Below are positions 42,783 to 51,609 of a stretch of 64,000 bases of DNA, piece by piece; position 1 is the first letter of the stretch; each line of letters starts with the position of its first letter. Where the stretch lies: the IMG/VR virus record IMGVR_UViG_3300036852_000353, positions 16,435 through 80,434 of that record. One strand, 5' to 3'. Made by a program: the position numbers and the translations under genes. Under the pieces are notes generated by a model. The model searched no databases and was not told where the DNA came from. It saw only the letters and a list, made by a program, of their open reading frames with translations. The DNA comes from a virus.

Positions 42783-42988
42783 CAGGCGGCCTCCCCGAAG
42801 AGGTGGTCGTCGCACTCCCAGGAGTAGAAGTCCGCCTCGCAGGTGAGTTCACCGTCGTGGTTGTTGCCGTCGTGTGTGCACCGTCCCCACGGGACCCAGT
42901 GGCTGCCCTCGTTGATGCAGCGCACGGAGGTGGCCTCGCTGTAGATCTGGCAGCGGCGGACGGCCGGTGGGTGCATGTCGATGCTCAT
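42782..42988 (-). CDS. Small Cys/His protein
   Basis: Coupled ORF. Confidence 0.6.
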   Translation of the reverse strand: MSIDMHPPAVRRCQIYSEATSVRCINEGSHWVPWGRCTHDGNNHDGELTCEADFYSWECDDHLFGEAA

Positions 42989-43278
42989 GTGTGATCGCCG
43001 TCCGGCCCGGTGTGGCGGGCCCAGATGCCGTGCTTGCCGCCTGTGGTACGTGCGACTGCCTCGAAGGTGCCCTCTGGTGCGTAGGCGGCAATCTTTCCTC
43101 GGCGGATGAGGTGGGCCACGGAGTTCGCGCTGGATGCGTTGTCGTAGGTGCCGATATGCGCCCATTCCCCTGTGACCTTGCGGAGCTTGTCGGCGATCTT
43201 CCGGTGCTTGGACCTCTTGGCATTGCCGTGGATCTTCGCGGGAGGTTCTTCGAAGCGGATCCGTGTGTGGAGGGTCAT
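42985..43278 (-). CDS. Hypothetical protein
   Basis: Coupled ORF; GEWAHI...IWARH. Confidence 0.7.
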   Translation of the reverse strand: MTLHTRIRFEEPPAKIHGNAKRSKHRKIADKLRKVTGEWAHIGTYDNASSANSVAHLIRRGKIAAYAPEGTFEAVARTTGGKHGIWARHTGPDGDHT

Positions 43279-44852
43279 GGTTTCTCCCCGAGGAGTCGGA
43301 GCAGGGTGGTCCGGTCCCGGACGAGTTCCTCCGCGTGTATCGCCTTGGCCTGGAGGATGTCCTGCTTGGTCTCTTCGACCGTTCCCGGGGTGATCTGCCG
43401 GATGATCTGGATGGAGTCGTGGCGTTCGGATCCGATGCGGTAGATCCGGTCGACGAATTGCTGGTTGCGGATGCTGCTGTAGCTGTCCTGCATGGACAGC
43501 AGCCTGGACGCCCGGGTCAGGGTGAGTCCCTCGGCCCCTGCCCCGAGCGTCAGCAGGATGACGCGGAGTTTGCCGTTCTGGAATCGTTCGACGGCCTGTC
43601 CGCGTTCGTATCCCGACTGGGCCCCCGTCACGAGGCCGTGCGGGATGTCAAGTTTGACTAGTCGTTCTGCTGCCAGTTCGATGAGCTGGCGTGATTCGGC
43701 GCCGACGACGAGGGGCTCGTCACCGAGTTCTTCGAGGAGGTCGGCGAGGTCGTCGACCTTGGGTGAGGGGGCGACGAGCTTGACGTCGAAGTCGGGGTAC
43801 TCGTAGAGGTACCTCTCGTAGACGAAGTCACCATTCTCATCGCGCTTTTGTTCACGGATGAGTCTGCCGTCGAAGTCCACAAGCCGGTTGCCTGTGTAGA
43901 CCGGGCGTCGTCGCCATTCACGGCGGGTGACCGGCTCCAACTCGGCGCAGGAGGAGGCCAGCTGGTTCAGGCGCATGACCTGGGCGAGCGGGTTGGGGGC
44001 GACGAGCAGGCCGTCGATGTTGGCGATCATGTGCAGGCGCATCTGCTCGTACGCCTTCTTCTGCTTGGGCAGCATCGGCGTGTGCCGGATCTGGTCCGGC
44101 AACTTCGGTGGGAGCTGCGGCAGGGCGGCCTGCTTGGGGATGCGCCGCATCAGAGGGTCGACGATCTGGAAGAACTCGGCCTTGTTCTCGGACTTGATGC
44201 CGTGGACGTCAAGGCCGCCGAAAAAGTTGGGTGTGACGTCGGCGTACCGTTCGGTGTACTTGATCTTGGACGGGGTCCACTCGGGCTCGATGCCATGCAG
44301 GAGTGCCCAGAGCTGGACGATGTCCTTGTCGATGGGTGTGCCGGTGGCGAGGTAGCGGAACTCGGCGCCGTGCAGGACTGCCCAAGTCGCCCTGGTCTGG
44401 GCTGACCTCGGCTCCTTTAGTCGGTGCGCCTCGTCACAGATGACGGTGCGCAGGCCCATCTCGTTGAGTTCTTTGGGCTCGCGGTCCTTGTCGGAGAGGG
44501 CGATGGTGCCGTATCCGGCGAGGCGGGAGTGCAGGCGCACGGCCTCCCAGTTGACTATGAACACCGAGGCGTCGCTCGCGAGCTGCTTGCGTCGCTTGAG
44601 GGCGGAGCCGTCGACCACCTGGACGGTGAGTTCGGGCGCCCACTTCGCGAGTTCGAAACTCCAGGTTGACGACTTCAGGGAGTTTGGGCACACTACGAGG
44701 GCTGGGAAGGGGTTCTGCCCCATCTCGGCAAGGACCTGAAGGGTCCGGATCAATTGGGCTGTTTTGCCCAATCCGGGCGAATCGGCAAGAATCGCCCGTT
44801 TGTTCCGTACGAGAAACGCGACACCGGGGCGCTGGAAGTCAAGCAGCTTCAC
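43275..44852 (-). CDS. SNF2-family DNA helicase (core)
   Basis: DSPGLGKT, VVCP, VICDEAH, LATGTP, QFVDRIYRIG. Confidence 0.92.
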   Translation of the reverse strand: MKLLDFQRPGVAFLVRNKRAILADSPGLGKTAQLIRTLQVLAEMGQNPFPALVVCPNSLKSSTWSFELAKWAPELTVQVVDGSALKRRKQLASDASVFIVNWEAVRLHSRLAGYGTIALSDKDREPKELNEMGLRTVICDEAHRLKEPRSAQTRATWAVLHGAEFRYLATGTPIDKDIVQLWALLHGIEPEWTPSKIKYTERYADVTPNFFGGLDVHGIKSENKAEFFQIVDPLMRRIPKQAALPQLPPKLPDQIRHTPMLPKQKKAYEQMRLHMIANIDGLLVAPNPLAQVMRLNQLASSCAELEPVTRREWRRRPVYTGNRLVDFDGRLIREQKRDENGDFVYERYLYEYPDFDVKLVAPSPKVDDLADLLEELGDEPLVVGAESRQLIELAAERLVKLDIPHGLVTGAQSGYERGQAVERFQNGKLRVILLTLGAGAEGLTLTRASRLLSMQDSYSSIRNQQFVDRIYRIGSERHDSIQIIRQITPGTVEETKQDILQAKAIHAEELVRDRTTLLRLLGEKP

Positions 44853-45174
44853 GTGTCTCCCCTCGCGCTTCGATGCGGTCGATGATCTGGGCGATGGGGT
44901 CGCTGGCAGGCAACTCCATCGCAGTTCTCAGGTCTGTGGCCGGTTTGATCCGGCTGTTGTATTCCTCCCACGACCACTTCGTCAGCAGCGTCCCCACGCT
45001 CAGATCGCTGTCGAAGAGGCCTCGGAGGGTAATGCATGTGGCCCAGCTCAGCGGGGCCGTCCAGTACCCGGCGTTCTTGTCGTAACGGGCGCCGGGTACT
45101 TGCTGGACCAGGTGCCGCTCGTGGTACTGCGTACGCACGGCGATGCGACCGTCCACGATCTCAGCGACCGGCAT
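44839..45174 (-). CDS. Probable helicase N-terminal (HARP-like) domain encoded separately
   Basis: VPGARYDKNAGYWTAPLSW; stop overlaps the helicase start. Confidence 0.55.
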   Translation of the reverse strand: MPVAEIVDGRIAVRTQYHERHLVQQVPGARYDKNAGYWTAPLSWATCITLRGLFDSDLSVGTLLTKWSWEEYNSRIKPATDLRTAMELPASDPIAQIIDRIEARGETREAA

Positions 45175-45239
45175 GCCATCCTCCGCATGTCTGCCGCCTC
45201 GAACAAGATTCCGAGTACGGCGGCGATCATAACACCTGC

Positions 45240-45731
45240 TCAGTAGCCGAGGGGTAGTCCCTTGCGGACGTTTTCCGGCACAGGTTTCATTCTGATCAGG
45301 TGTCTGAACAGGTGACATGCCGCGTCGTTGGCGTGCTGCTGGCCCGGCTGGTACCAGCCCAGACGGCGCAGGAAGACCGTCGTACTGCCCGCCATGCGGG
45401 CCGAGGACGGCTGCCCCTTGATCTGCGGGATGCCGTACTGCTGGCATGCCTGGTCGATGACGGCAATGGCGTCGTTACTGGGCTTCGCGTTCGACCCCGG
45501 CCGAGGGCGAGGCGTCTGGATGTACAGCTCGTAGCCGACGGCGAGGCGCCCTTCGTACATGTACTGCAAGTCGGCAAGACACTGCCCGAGTTCCTCGTAG
45601 CTGTACTGACCGGAGGTGACGTCAAGGACGGCACTGTACTGGCCGGAGGTGAACCGGTCGGCCGTGATGTCATAGACGGCGCCGCCGGTGGTGAGGCCGG
45701 GATCGAACCAGGCAATGACGTCCTCGGTCAC
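45240..45731 (-). CDS. RuvC-like Holliday junction resolvase
   Basis: AWFDPGLTTG, VGYE, HANDAACH; GTGA overlap. Confidence 0.75.
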   Translation of the reverse strand: MTEDVIAWFDPGLTTGGAVYDITADRFTSGQYSAVLDVTSGQYSYEELGQCLADLQYMYEGRLAVGYELYIQTPRPRPGSNAKPSNDAIAVIDQACQQYGIPQIKGQPSSARMAGSTTVFLRRLGWYQPGQQHANDAACHLFRHLIRMKPVPENVRKGLPLGY

Positions 45732-46042
45732 TGGTCGTCCTTGATCTCGGTGACCTTCACCCCGCGCCGCCAGCCACCGCGCCACATCTCGTGGTACTTC
45801 TGCTGGTCGATCCTGGCGAGTTCGAGCAGCAGCTCGGGATCCTCCGGCGGCGCGGCGGCCATCAGGCGCTGGACTTCGCACACGGGGTAGCGGCGCAGAC
45901 CGTTGGGTGTGCGGAAGAACCCGATGATGCCGTTCGTGGCCCACTTGGTGACGGTCCGGGCGTCGACGTCGAAGATCTTCCCAACGTCGCGGGGGGTGAG
46001 TGTCTCCTCGTGGAGCCAGTGCTTGGGGATCTCGGCAGCCAT
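45728..46042 (-). CDS. BldC-like MerR-family HTH protein
   Basis: LTPRDVGKIFDVDARTVTKWA...RTPNGLRRY..EV. Confidence 0.8.
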   Translation of the reverse strand: MAAEIPKHWLHEETLTPRDVGKIFDVDARTVTKWATNGIIGFFRTPNGLRRYPVCEVQRLMAAAPPEDPELLLELARIDQQKYHEMWRGGWRRGVKVTEIKDDQ

Positions 46043-46075
46043 GCGGCCTCCTTTACGCCAACGTTCGGTTGTGGG

Positions 46076-46432
46076 TCACAGGGCAGGCGGCCGGGCCAGC
46101 AGCCGGGCGATGTCGCTGAGAGTCTTGGTGTGTTCGTCAACCCGCTTGCGCTCGGCGTCGTAGTCGCGTCGCAGGGCGCGGGTGTCTTCGGCGCCCTGGT
46201 AGTGACGCACCAGCGCATCGAGGAGTGACTGGCCGACCTCGAACGGCAGACAGAAGGACGGCTTGTCCTCCTGGTCCGAGGCAGCGGCACCATCCGGGAG
46301 CGGTTCCCACCGGCGCCCGAACTCGTCGCCTTCCGGTCGCAGGATGTAGCGCGGATCGCCGTCAAACTTGCGGATGATGTAGATATCGAGACTGTCGCGG
46401 AAGAATCTCTCGCCGATGTAGACCTGGATCAC
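46076..46432 (-). CDS. Hypothetical protein
   Basis: GTGA overlap; C-terminal coiled coil. Confidence 0.7.
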   Translation of the reverse strand: MIQVYIGERFFRDSLDIYIIRKFDGDPRYILRPEGDEFGRRWEPLPDGAAASDQEDKPSFCLPFEVGQSLLDALVRHYQGAEDTRALRRDYDAERKRVDEHTKTLSDIARLLARPPAL

Positions 46433-46797
46433 CAGCTCACCACCCTCGGAGCATCGTCGGAGACCTCGTGGTGCGACCACACCGTGATGTGCTTGAAGCC
46501 CCCGGCCTTCAGGCGATCGACCAGCTCATCGGGCTGGGCGTAGTTCCAGCCGAACCAGATGACCGCGCTCCCGGCGACCTTGCTGCCGTGCTGTAGCGTT
46601 GGCCAGTCGTCCCGCTCCAGGGAGATGATCGGGATGTCTGCGGAGAAGTCTTCTACCGGACAGTCGTCGCCGTACTCGCGTGCGGGGATGGCATAGACGG
46701 CTTCCCAGATGGCCTTGGCGACCTTCGGTGCGACGGCTTCGGCGAGTCCGTCTTCGCTGTCGCCGATGATGACGAACATGTCGGTGACGCTGCTCAT
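46429..46797 (-). CDS. Hypothetical protein
   Basis: Coupled ORF. Confidence 0.7.
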   Translation of the reverse strand: MSSVTDMFVIIGDSEDGLAEAVAPKVAKAIWEAVYAIPAREYGDDCPVEDFSADIPIISLERDDWPTLQHGSKVAGSAVIWFGWNYAQPDELVDRLKAGGFKHITVWSHHEVSDDAPRVVSW

Positions 46798-47081
46798 GAC
46801 GACACCGCCTTCCACAGATCCGACACCAGGTGCCAGACCAGCGCTCCGTCCGGTGTCAGCGCGGTGCCTACATACAGAGCTTCCTCGGGTATCTCGTGGC
46901 CAGTGCCATAGACACGGAAACGCAGCTCGTCTACAAACTCGTCAGCGTCGTCTTCAAAAGGATGCGCCCAAAACTCCACGAAACCATGGTGGCGGCAGGC
47001 CACGTGCAACGGCGGCCCGCACTTGAAGGTGTGCCAGCGGTCGTCGACTGGGACCTCGTAGCGGTAGATGCGGTATGTCAC
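46794..47081 (-). CDS. Hypothetical protein
   Basis: GTG overlapping the polymerase stop; YVGT...LVWHL. Confidence 0.7.
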   Translation of the reverse strand: MTYRIYRYEVPVDDRWHTFKCGPPLHVACRHHGFVEFWAHPFEDDADEFVDELRFRVYGTGHEIPEEALYVGTALTPDGALVWHLVSDLWKAVSS

Positions 47082-48862
47082 TTCTGCCACCTCTCCGCCA
47101 TGATCTTTCCGCCAGCAGTGAGGGGCACGCGGTAGGACGTTCTGTCGGTCATGCACTCCTGGACGGTCCTCAGAACTTCTTCAGCCTGGTCGGCAGGCGC
47201 TTCGAGAAGGATCTCGTCGTGCACGGGCAGGCGCAGCATGGAGGTCAGGCCTGCTGCGTCCATGTTCAGCAGGCAGAGCTTCATGTAGCGAGCGGCTTCG
47301 CCCTGGATTGCGTAGTTGAGGGTGGCGTATTCCTTGCCTCTGTCGCAGGGCAGGAAGCGGCCGTCGCTGAGGTGCACTCCCCCTCGTCCGTGGGGACCGT
47401 TGCCGCGTTTCGCGTCGTGTTCGAGGCGGTTCATCAGCCGCTTCATGCCGGGGAAGCGGGAGTTGAACATTTTCTCGAAGTAGGCCACGTGCTCCAGGCT
47501 GGCGCCGGAGGTCATGGCGATCTTGTCGCGGCCTCCGCCGTATGCCTTCGCGTAGACGCTGTTCTTCGTCAGCTGACGGCGGGGGTCGTCCTTGATGAGG
47601 GCGGCGTCGGCGTAGAGGGTCCGCGCGACCAGGGTGAAGAAGTCGGGGCCGATCGTGTCTGCTTCATGGAACGCCTGGATGAGGCCTTCGTCGCCGGAAA
47701 GGTGCGCGAGGATACGCGCTTCAACTTGATCCAAGTCGCATGAAACCAGGACGCATCCGGGGCGCGGGATGAAGCTGCCGCGGATGACTTTGTCATCCCG
47801 TGGGAGCTGCTGCAGCGGTGGGTCGGAGACGGACATCCGCCCTGTGCGGGCGCCCATGACGTTGATGCTGCAGTGGACTACATCATGTGCGTCGGCCAGT
47901 TCCAGGAAGGCGCTGCTGTAGCGGTCGCGGATGTCTTCGGTGTGCCGGACGGCGCGTATGTACTGGGCGAGCTGGCGGACGGCTGCATTCTCGCCGTGGT
48001 CGGCGTAGAACTTGAGGGCGTCCTTGTCGAATTGCGGGGCGCCCTTGTCCGTGTAGTACATGATCTTTTGCCCGCAGGCGTCCATGGCCTTGGCTATCTG
48101 GGCGCTGGACTTGGGGCTGGTGATCTTGTGGGCGTTCTTGAGCCAGGTGCGGATCTTGTCCGATGCGGCGTCGAAGTCGTCGATGGACTGCTTGACGTAG
48201 GGGACGTCGAGCTGCAGGCCGCTGCGCATCATGAGGGTGCAGATGCGGGTGGCGGCCCGCTCCAGGGAGTACGCATCGGGGCAGGTGGCGTTGACGCGTG
48301 AGCTGAGGTGCGGCTCCAGGTGGACGGTCTCCACCGGGTCGAGACTCCCGTACAACCAGAAGGGCGGGTAGTCGATGGGGACGGTGCCCCAGTCCCAGCC
48401 GTTGGCTTTCATGCCTTCGTCGAGTTCCTGCTGGCCGACGGCGGCCTGCGGGTCGACGAATCGTTTGTTCAGCGGCTTGAGGCGGTTGTCCCGGGTGGGG
48501 TCGTCGAGCCGGGCCATGGTGAGGGTGTCGTGCAGGCGCTCCCAGGGGATTTCGTAGCCGGTGTGCTCGGCGACGAACTGCCAGTCGAAGGGCGCGTTGT
48601 GGGCGACGTACTCGCCGTCGTACTCGCGGAAGGCTTCGAGGGCGACGCCACCCCACTGCTGCCAGGGGATGAGCCAGCCGTGGTGGTGGTCGCCGAACTG
48701 GAGGGTGCGCAGGTGATTGCGGTACGCGCTGAGCCCGGATGTTTCTGTGTCGAATCCGAGGGGGCCTTCGCGGCGCTGGCCGAGCCAGGTCTTGAATGCG
48801 ACGGCGTCGGCAACGGACTCCACCAGGTGGAGTTCTACGTCTGCGAGAGGTGACGTCGTCAC
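47078..48862 (-). CDS. polA: DNA polymerase, family A (3'-5' exonuclease plus polymerase)
   Basis: GFDTETSG, HNAPFD, TGRMSVSDPPLQQ, SCDLDQVEARI (motif A), KNSVYAKAYG (motif B), VHDEI (motif C). Confidence 0.95.
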   Translation of the reverse strand: MTTSPLADVELHLVESVADAVAFKTWLGQRREGPLGFDTETSGLSAYRNHLRTLQFGDHHHGWLIPWQQWGGVALEAFREYDGEYVAHNAPFDWQFVAEHTGYEIPWERLHDTLTMARLDDPTRDNRLKPLNKRFVDPQAAVGQQELDEGMKANGWDWGTVPIDYPPFWLYGSLDPVETVHLEPHLSSRVNATCPDAYSLERAATRICTLMMRSGLQLDVPYVKQSIDDFDAASDKIRTWLKNAHKITSPKSSAQIAKAMDACGQKIMYYTDKGAPQFDKDALKFYADHGENAAVRQLAQYIRAVRHTEDIRDRYSSAFLELADAHDVVHCSINVMGARTGRMSVSDPPLQQLPRDDKVIRGSFIPRPGCVLVSCDLDQVEARILAHLSGDEGLIQAFHEADTIGPDFFTLVARTLYADAALIKDDPRRQLTKNSVYAKAYGGGRDKIAMTSGASLEHVAYFEKMFNSRFPGMKRLMNRLEHDAKRGNGPHGRGGVHLSDGRFLPCDRGKEYATLNYAIQGEAARYMKLCLLNMDAAGLTSMLRLPVHDEILLEAPADQAEEVLRTVQECMTDRTSYRVPLTAGGKIMAERWQK

Positions 48863-48917
48863 GTGTGTGCACTCCTCGTGCTGTTGTTGCCGAGGAGTGC
48901 ACAGTAAACACGTCAGA

Positions 48918-48996
48918 GTTGACGCGGCAAGATTTTCTCAGATCAAATCTAGCTTGTCAACCTGGTGGAGACAAAAAGTGTCAACCCGGTGGTGAC
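48918..48996. promoter_or_regulatory. AT-rich control region upstream of polA with an 18-nt direct repeat
   Basis: tgtcaacctggtggagac (48955-48972) and tgtcaacccggtggtgac (48979-48996); each contains TTGACA on the minus strand. Confidence 0.5.
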
Positions 48997-49001
48997 GAAG
49001 A

Positions 49002-49355
49002 TCAGGCGGCCTGTTCCTCCACCGGGCCGGACTGCCCGATCCACTTCAGCCACGTGCGTTTTTCGGCCTCCGTGACCGATGGGAAGCTGGAATCGAGGCC
49101 CAGCGTGTCGAGGATGCCCGGGTGCCGTTCGTCCGTGGTGAGCAGGCTGTCGGCGTCCCGGCGGTGATTGGGGTGCGTGCACGGCGTGGTCGGCGTGGCG
49201 TCGCATCGGTGCCGGTTGCTCAGGCGGCGTGCTTCCATGGTGGCCATGCGGCGCTGAATGTCTTCGGCGACGTCGTCGGGGACCCGGGTAGCGTGCCGCG
49301 GGCGGCGTACGGGGCGGGCGGAGGGGTCCTCGGCGTACAGCTCATCGATATTCAT
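49002..49355 (-). CDS. Hypothetical protein
   Basis: AAGGA RBS; CD...CTHPNH. Confidence 0.65.
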   Translation of the reverse strand: MNIDELYAEDPSARPVRRPRHATRVPDDVAEDIQRRMATMEARRLSNRHRCDATPTTPCTHPNHRRDADSLLTTDERHPGILDTLGLDSSFPSVTEAEKRTWLKWIGQSGPVEEQAA

Positions 49356-49369
49356 ACAGTTTCCTTATC

Positions 49370-50023
49370 TCAAATCCTTCTCGGACCCTTCCACGCCATC
49401 GCGATGTCCGGATCTTTTCGGGCCGCCTCTCGTAGCATCCTGGCGGCCATTTGGCTGATTTCACCACTGTGGCGATACAGCCTGCTGACGATGGCAGCCG
49501 CGTCGGAGCACAGATAAACATGGGTGTCCGAACGTTCTTCGGCGATACGTTCATCGGCCCGCATCTCTTCCAGGTCCAGCGGTTTGCACGTCGGGCAGGG
49601 ATAAAGATTGCGCCAACGGGTGGGATTTCGTTGTACGGATCCGACCGCGTTGATCATATGCCTTCTTCTGACGCAGGGACCATCGGCGCGGTGGTAGACC
49701 CAGGAGCGGGCGATGATCTCCAGGGCGTAGCGGAAGGGTTTGTCCTGCTGCCTTTCGTCGGGGGCGAAAGGTTTTGCGCAAGCTGCGCAGATGATCTGGC
49801 CCTCCGTGAGCGTGTCCTCGCTGGCCAGCAGCGTGCGGGGTGGACTGCACCCTCCGCAGCTGAGTGTGAGCCGCCAGTCATGGACCGTCTCGACGATCTG
49901 ATAGAGCGCCATATCGGTCCAGCGTGGTTTGCGGTCACTGCCGAAGCGCTGGTCGACCAGCAATACGCCTGTGACGGTGAACGGGCCCAGACGGTCGTGC
50001 ACGGTGAATTCTTTGTTTTCCAT
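49370..50023 (-). CDS. Hypothetical protein with Zn ribbons
   Basis: CGGC...CAAC, CPTC. Confidence 0.7.
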   Translation of the reverse strand: MENKEFTVHDRLGPFTVTGVLLVDQRFGSDRKPRWTDMALYQIVETVHDWRLTLSCGGCSPPRTLLASEDTLTEGQIICAACAKPFAPDERQQDKPFRYALEIIARSWVYHRADGPCVRRRHMINAVGSVQRNPTRWRNLYPCPTCKPLDLEEMRADERIAEERSDTHVYLCSDAAAIVSRLYRHSGEISQMAARMLREAARKDPDIAMAWKGPRRI

Positions 50024-50291
50024 GTGCTCGTCCTAGCTGGCGCCTACATGTCCCTACTGCTTCCGGCGAGCAAAGTAGTTGACTGGGGTTCAATGCCCGT
50101 CGCACGCCATAGGAGTGCGACGGGCTTCCTCGTCCTGGCGCGAAGCGTAACAGAGAGTGTGCAAAATTGCCGCCCCGATGTGGCACGAATCATGCCCACG
50201 ATCGGGGCGGCTGCTCCGTTCATTCCGTCGAGTAGTGTTTCGGTCAAAACCAGGTGGACAGGACCGGCCGTTGCACAGTGCGTCAGTATGC

Positions 50292-50480
50292 CTACGGTCG
50301 GTGCGTATATCCGTCCTCTTGTGCAACTTCCTGACCGATGTCCACTTGCTTCCCCCTGCCACTCATACAAGCGGATGAGTGCCCGTGAATGTCACAGCAG
50401 GCGCCGCAGTCGCAGGCGGGGTCGCGCCGCAGGTGGGCGGGTACGCCATCCATCAGACTGCCCCCTGGTCGGTCATCCAT
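50292..50480 (-). CDS. Possible small Cys-rich protein
   Basis: CDCGACC...H..C; weak support. Confidence 0.3.
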   Translation of the reverse strand: MDDRPGGSLMDGVPAHLRRDPACDCGACCDIHGHSSACMSGRGKQVDIGQEVAQEDGYTHRP

Positions 50481-50908
50481 CTACGGGCGCGCTGGACGGA
50501 CCACTCGTCAACCTCGATGCACGACTCCTTCATGCGCTTGACACAGTCCCAGGTTCCACGCGAGGTCGGCTCGGGGAAGGCCAGACCGTGAATCATGTCG
50601 GTGGGTGCCAGCTGCAGGGCCTCATTCACGATGCCCTGATTGCGGATGGGGCCCGCCGCATTGTCGTAGCGGTCCCAGTCCGCCGGACGGCGCCGCAGAT
50701 CGATGCCCGGGGCGGTCTGCGCCCAGTCGTCTGCGTAGCGGTCGGCACCTGTCATCTCGTCGCTGCCGAGTGGCTGGCAGGCGCCGTGGAAGAGGATGAA
50801 GTTCCCATACCAGACGTAGAGGGTGTTGAGGTTCGATTCGACCACGCGGCGCAGGTTCTGCGGGTAGCTGCGTCCGCCGGTCACGATGACGACGTGCTGA
50901 GCATTCAC
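50453..50908 (-). CDS. SLOG-superfamily (DUF2493-like) protein
   Basis: VIVTGGRSY, LFHGAC, GAD, ADWDRY..AAGPIRN, FP...SRGTWDC. Confidence 0.85.
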   Translation of the reverse strand: MNAQHVVIVTGGRSYPQNLRRVVESNLNTLYVWYGNFILFHGACQPLGSDEMTGADRYADDWAQTAPGIDLRRRPADWDRYDNAAGPIRNQGIVNEALQLAPTDMIHGLAFPEPTSRGTWDCVKRMKESCIEVDEWSVQRARRWMTDQGAV

Positions 50909-51051
50909 GCGGCCATCCCGTTCAGTGCGTCGAGAACACGCCGCATGGTGTCGATGTCGTTGTCGTAGGGCCGGGCCAGCGGGTTTTCCTGCTCGCTGGC
51001 GGGCTCGCCCTGCGTGATGTCATCGGTGTCGTCGTGCTTGTCCAAAGCCAT
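50905..51051 (-). CDS. Small acidic protein
   Basis: GACAAGGAAGG RBS; stop overlaps next GTG. Confidence 0.6.
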   Translation of the reverse strand: MALDKHDDTDDITQGEPASEQENPLARPYDNDIDTMRRVLDALNGMAA

Positions 51052-51093
51052 GGCTGGCCTTCCTTGTCATGTTCCCCTGTACCCGAGGGGCGG

Positions 51094-51609
51094 TTACTGC
51101 TGTGGTGCGGGGGGCTCATCGTCGATCCAGACGATCTCAGTGTTGCCGTTGTGACCGCTGATCTGCTGGAACGGCGCGATGCCGGGGTTGTCGTAGAACT
51201 CGAACTTGGGCTGATTCCGCGGCGGGCCGCCGAGCCAGCGGATGGCGGTGGCGCCATCGGAGAAGACGCAGAACTCCACGATGTGGCCGAGACCGGAGAT
51301 CCCGGTGATGTCGACCTTGCGCAGGGCCGTTCCGCGGCTCGGCTGCCGCTCTGGTATCGGCCGCACCGGCTGGGGTGGTGCGTGGATGACGCCGTCGTCG
51401 TGGTTCTCGGGTATGTACGACATAGGTTCCTCCTGTGCCGGTTGCTTCAGGGCCTCGCGCAACCTGACGTACAGGTCGCGTGTGGCCTCGCTGACACTGT
51501 GCCCGAGGGGCAGGTCCGCCATGATGTCGTCGGCCTGCCCCTCGGTGAAGCTCAGGGTGATCGTGCGCTGCCCCGGGGGCGCACTATTGGCTGCTGGCAG
51601 CTCGTTCAT
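51094..51609 (-). CDS. Hypothetical protein
   Basis: DITGISGLGHIVEFCVFSDG...IRW...HNGNTEIVWID. Confidence 0.7.
   Translation of the reverse strand: MNELPAANSAPPGQRTITLSFTEGQADDIMADLPLGHSVSEATRDLYVRLREALKQPAQEEPMSYIPENHDDGVIHAPPQPVRPIPERQPSRGTALRKVDITGISGLGHIVEFCVFSDGATAIRWLGGPPRNQPKFEFYDNPGIAPFQQISGHNGNTEIVWIDDEPPAPQQ

Noticed and set aside
45595-45657. Short duplication (TSGQYS twice) in the resolvase
   Set aside because: In-frame 33-nt duplication; likely neutral
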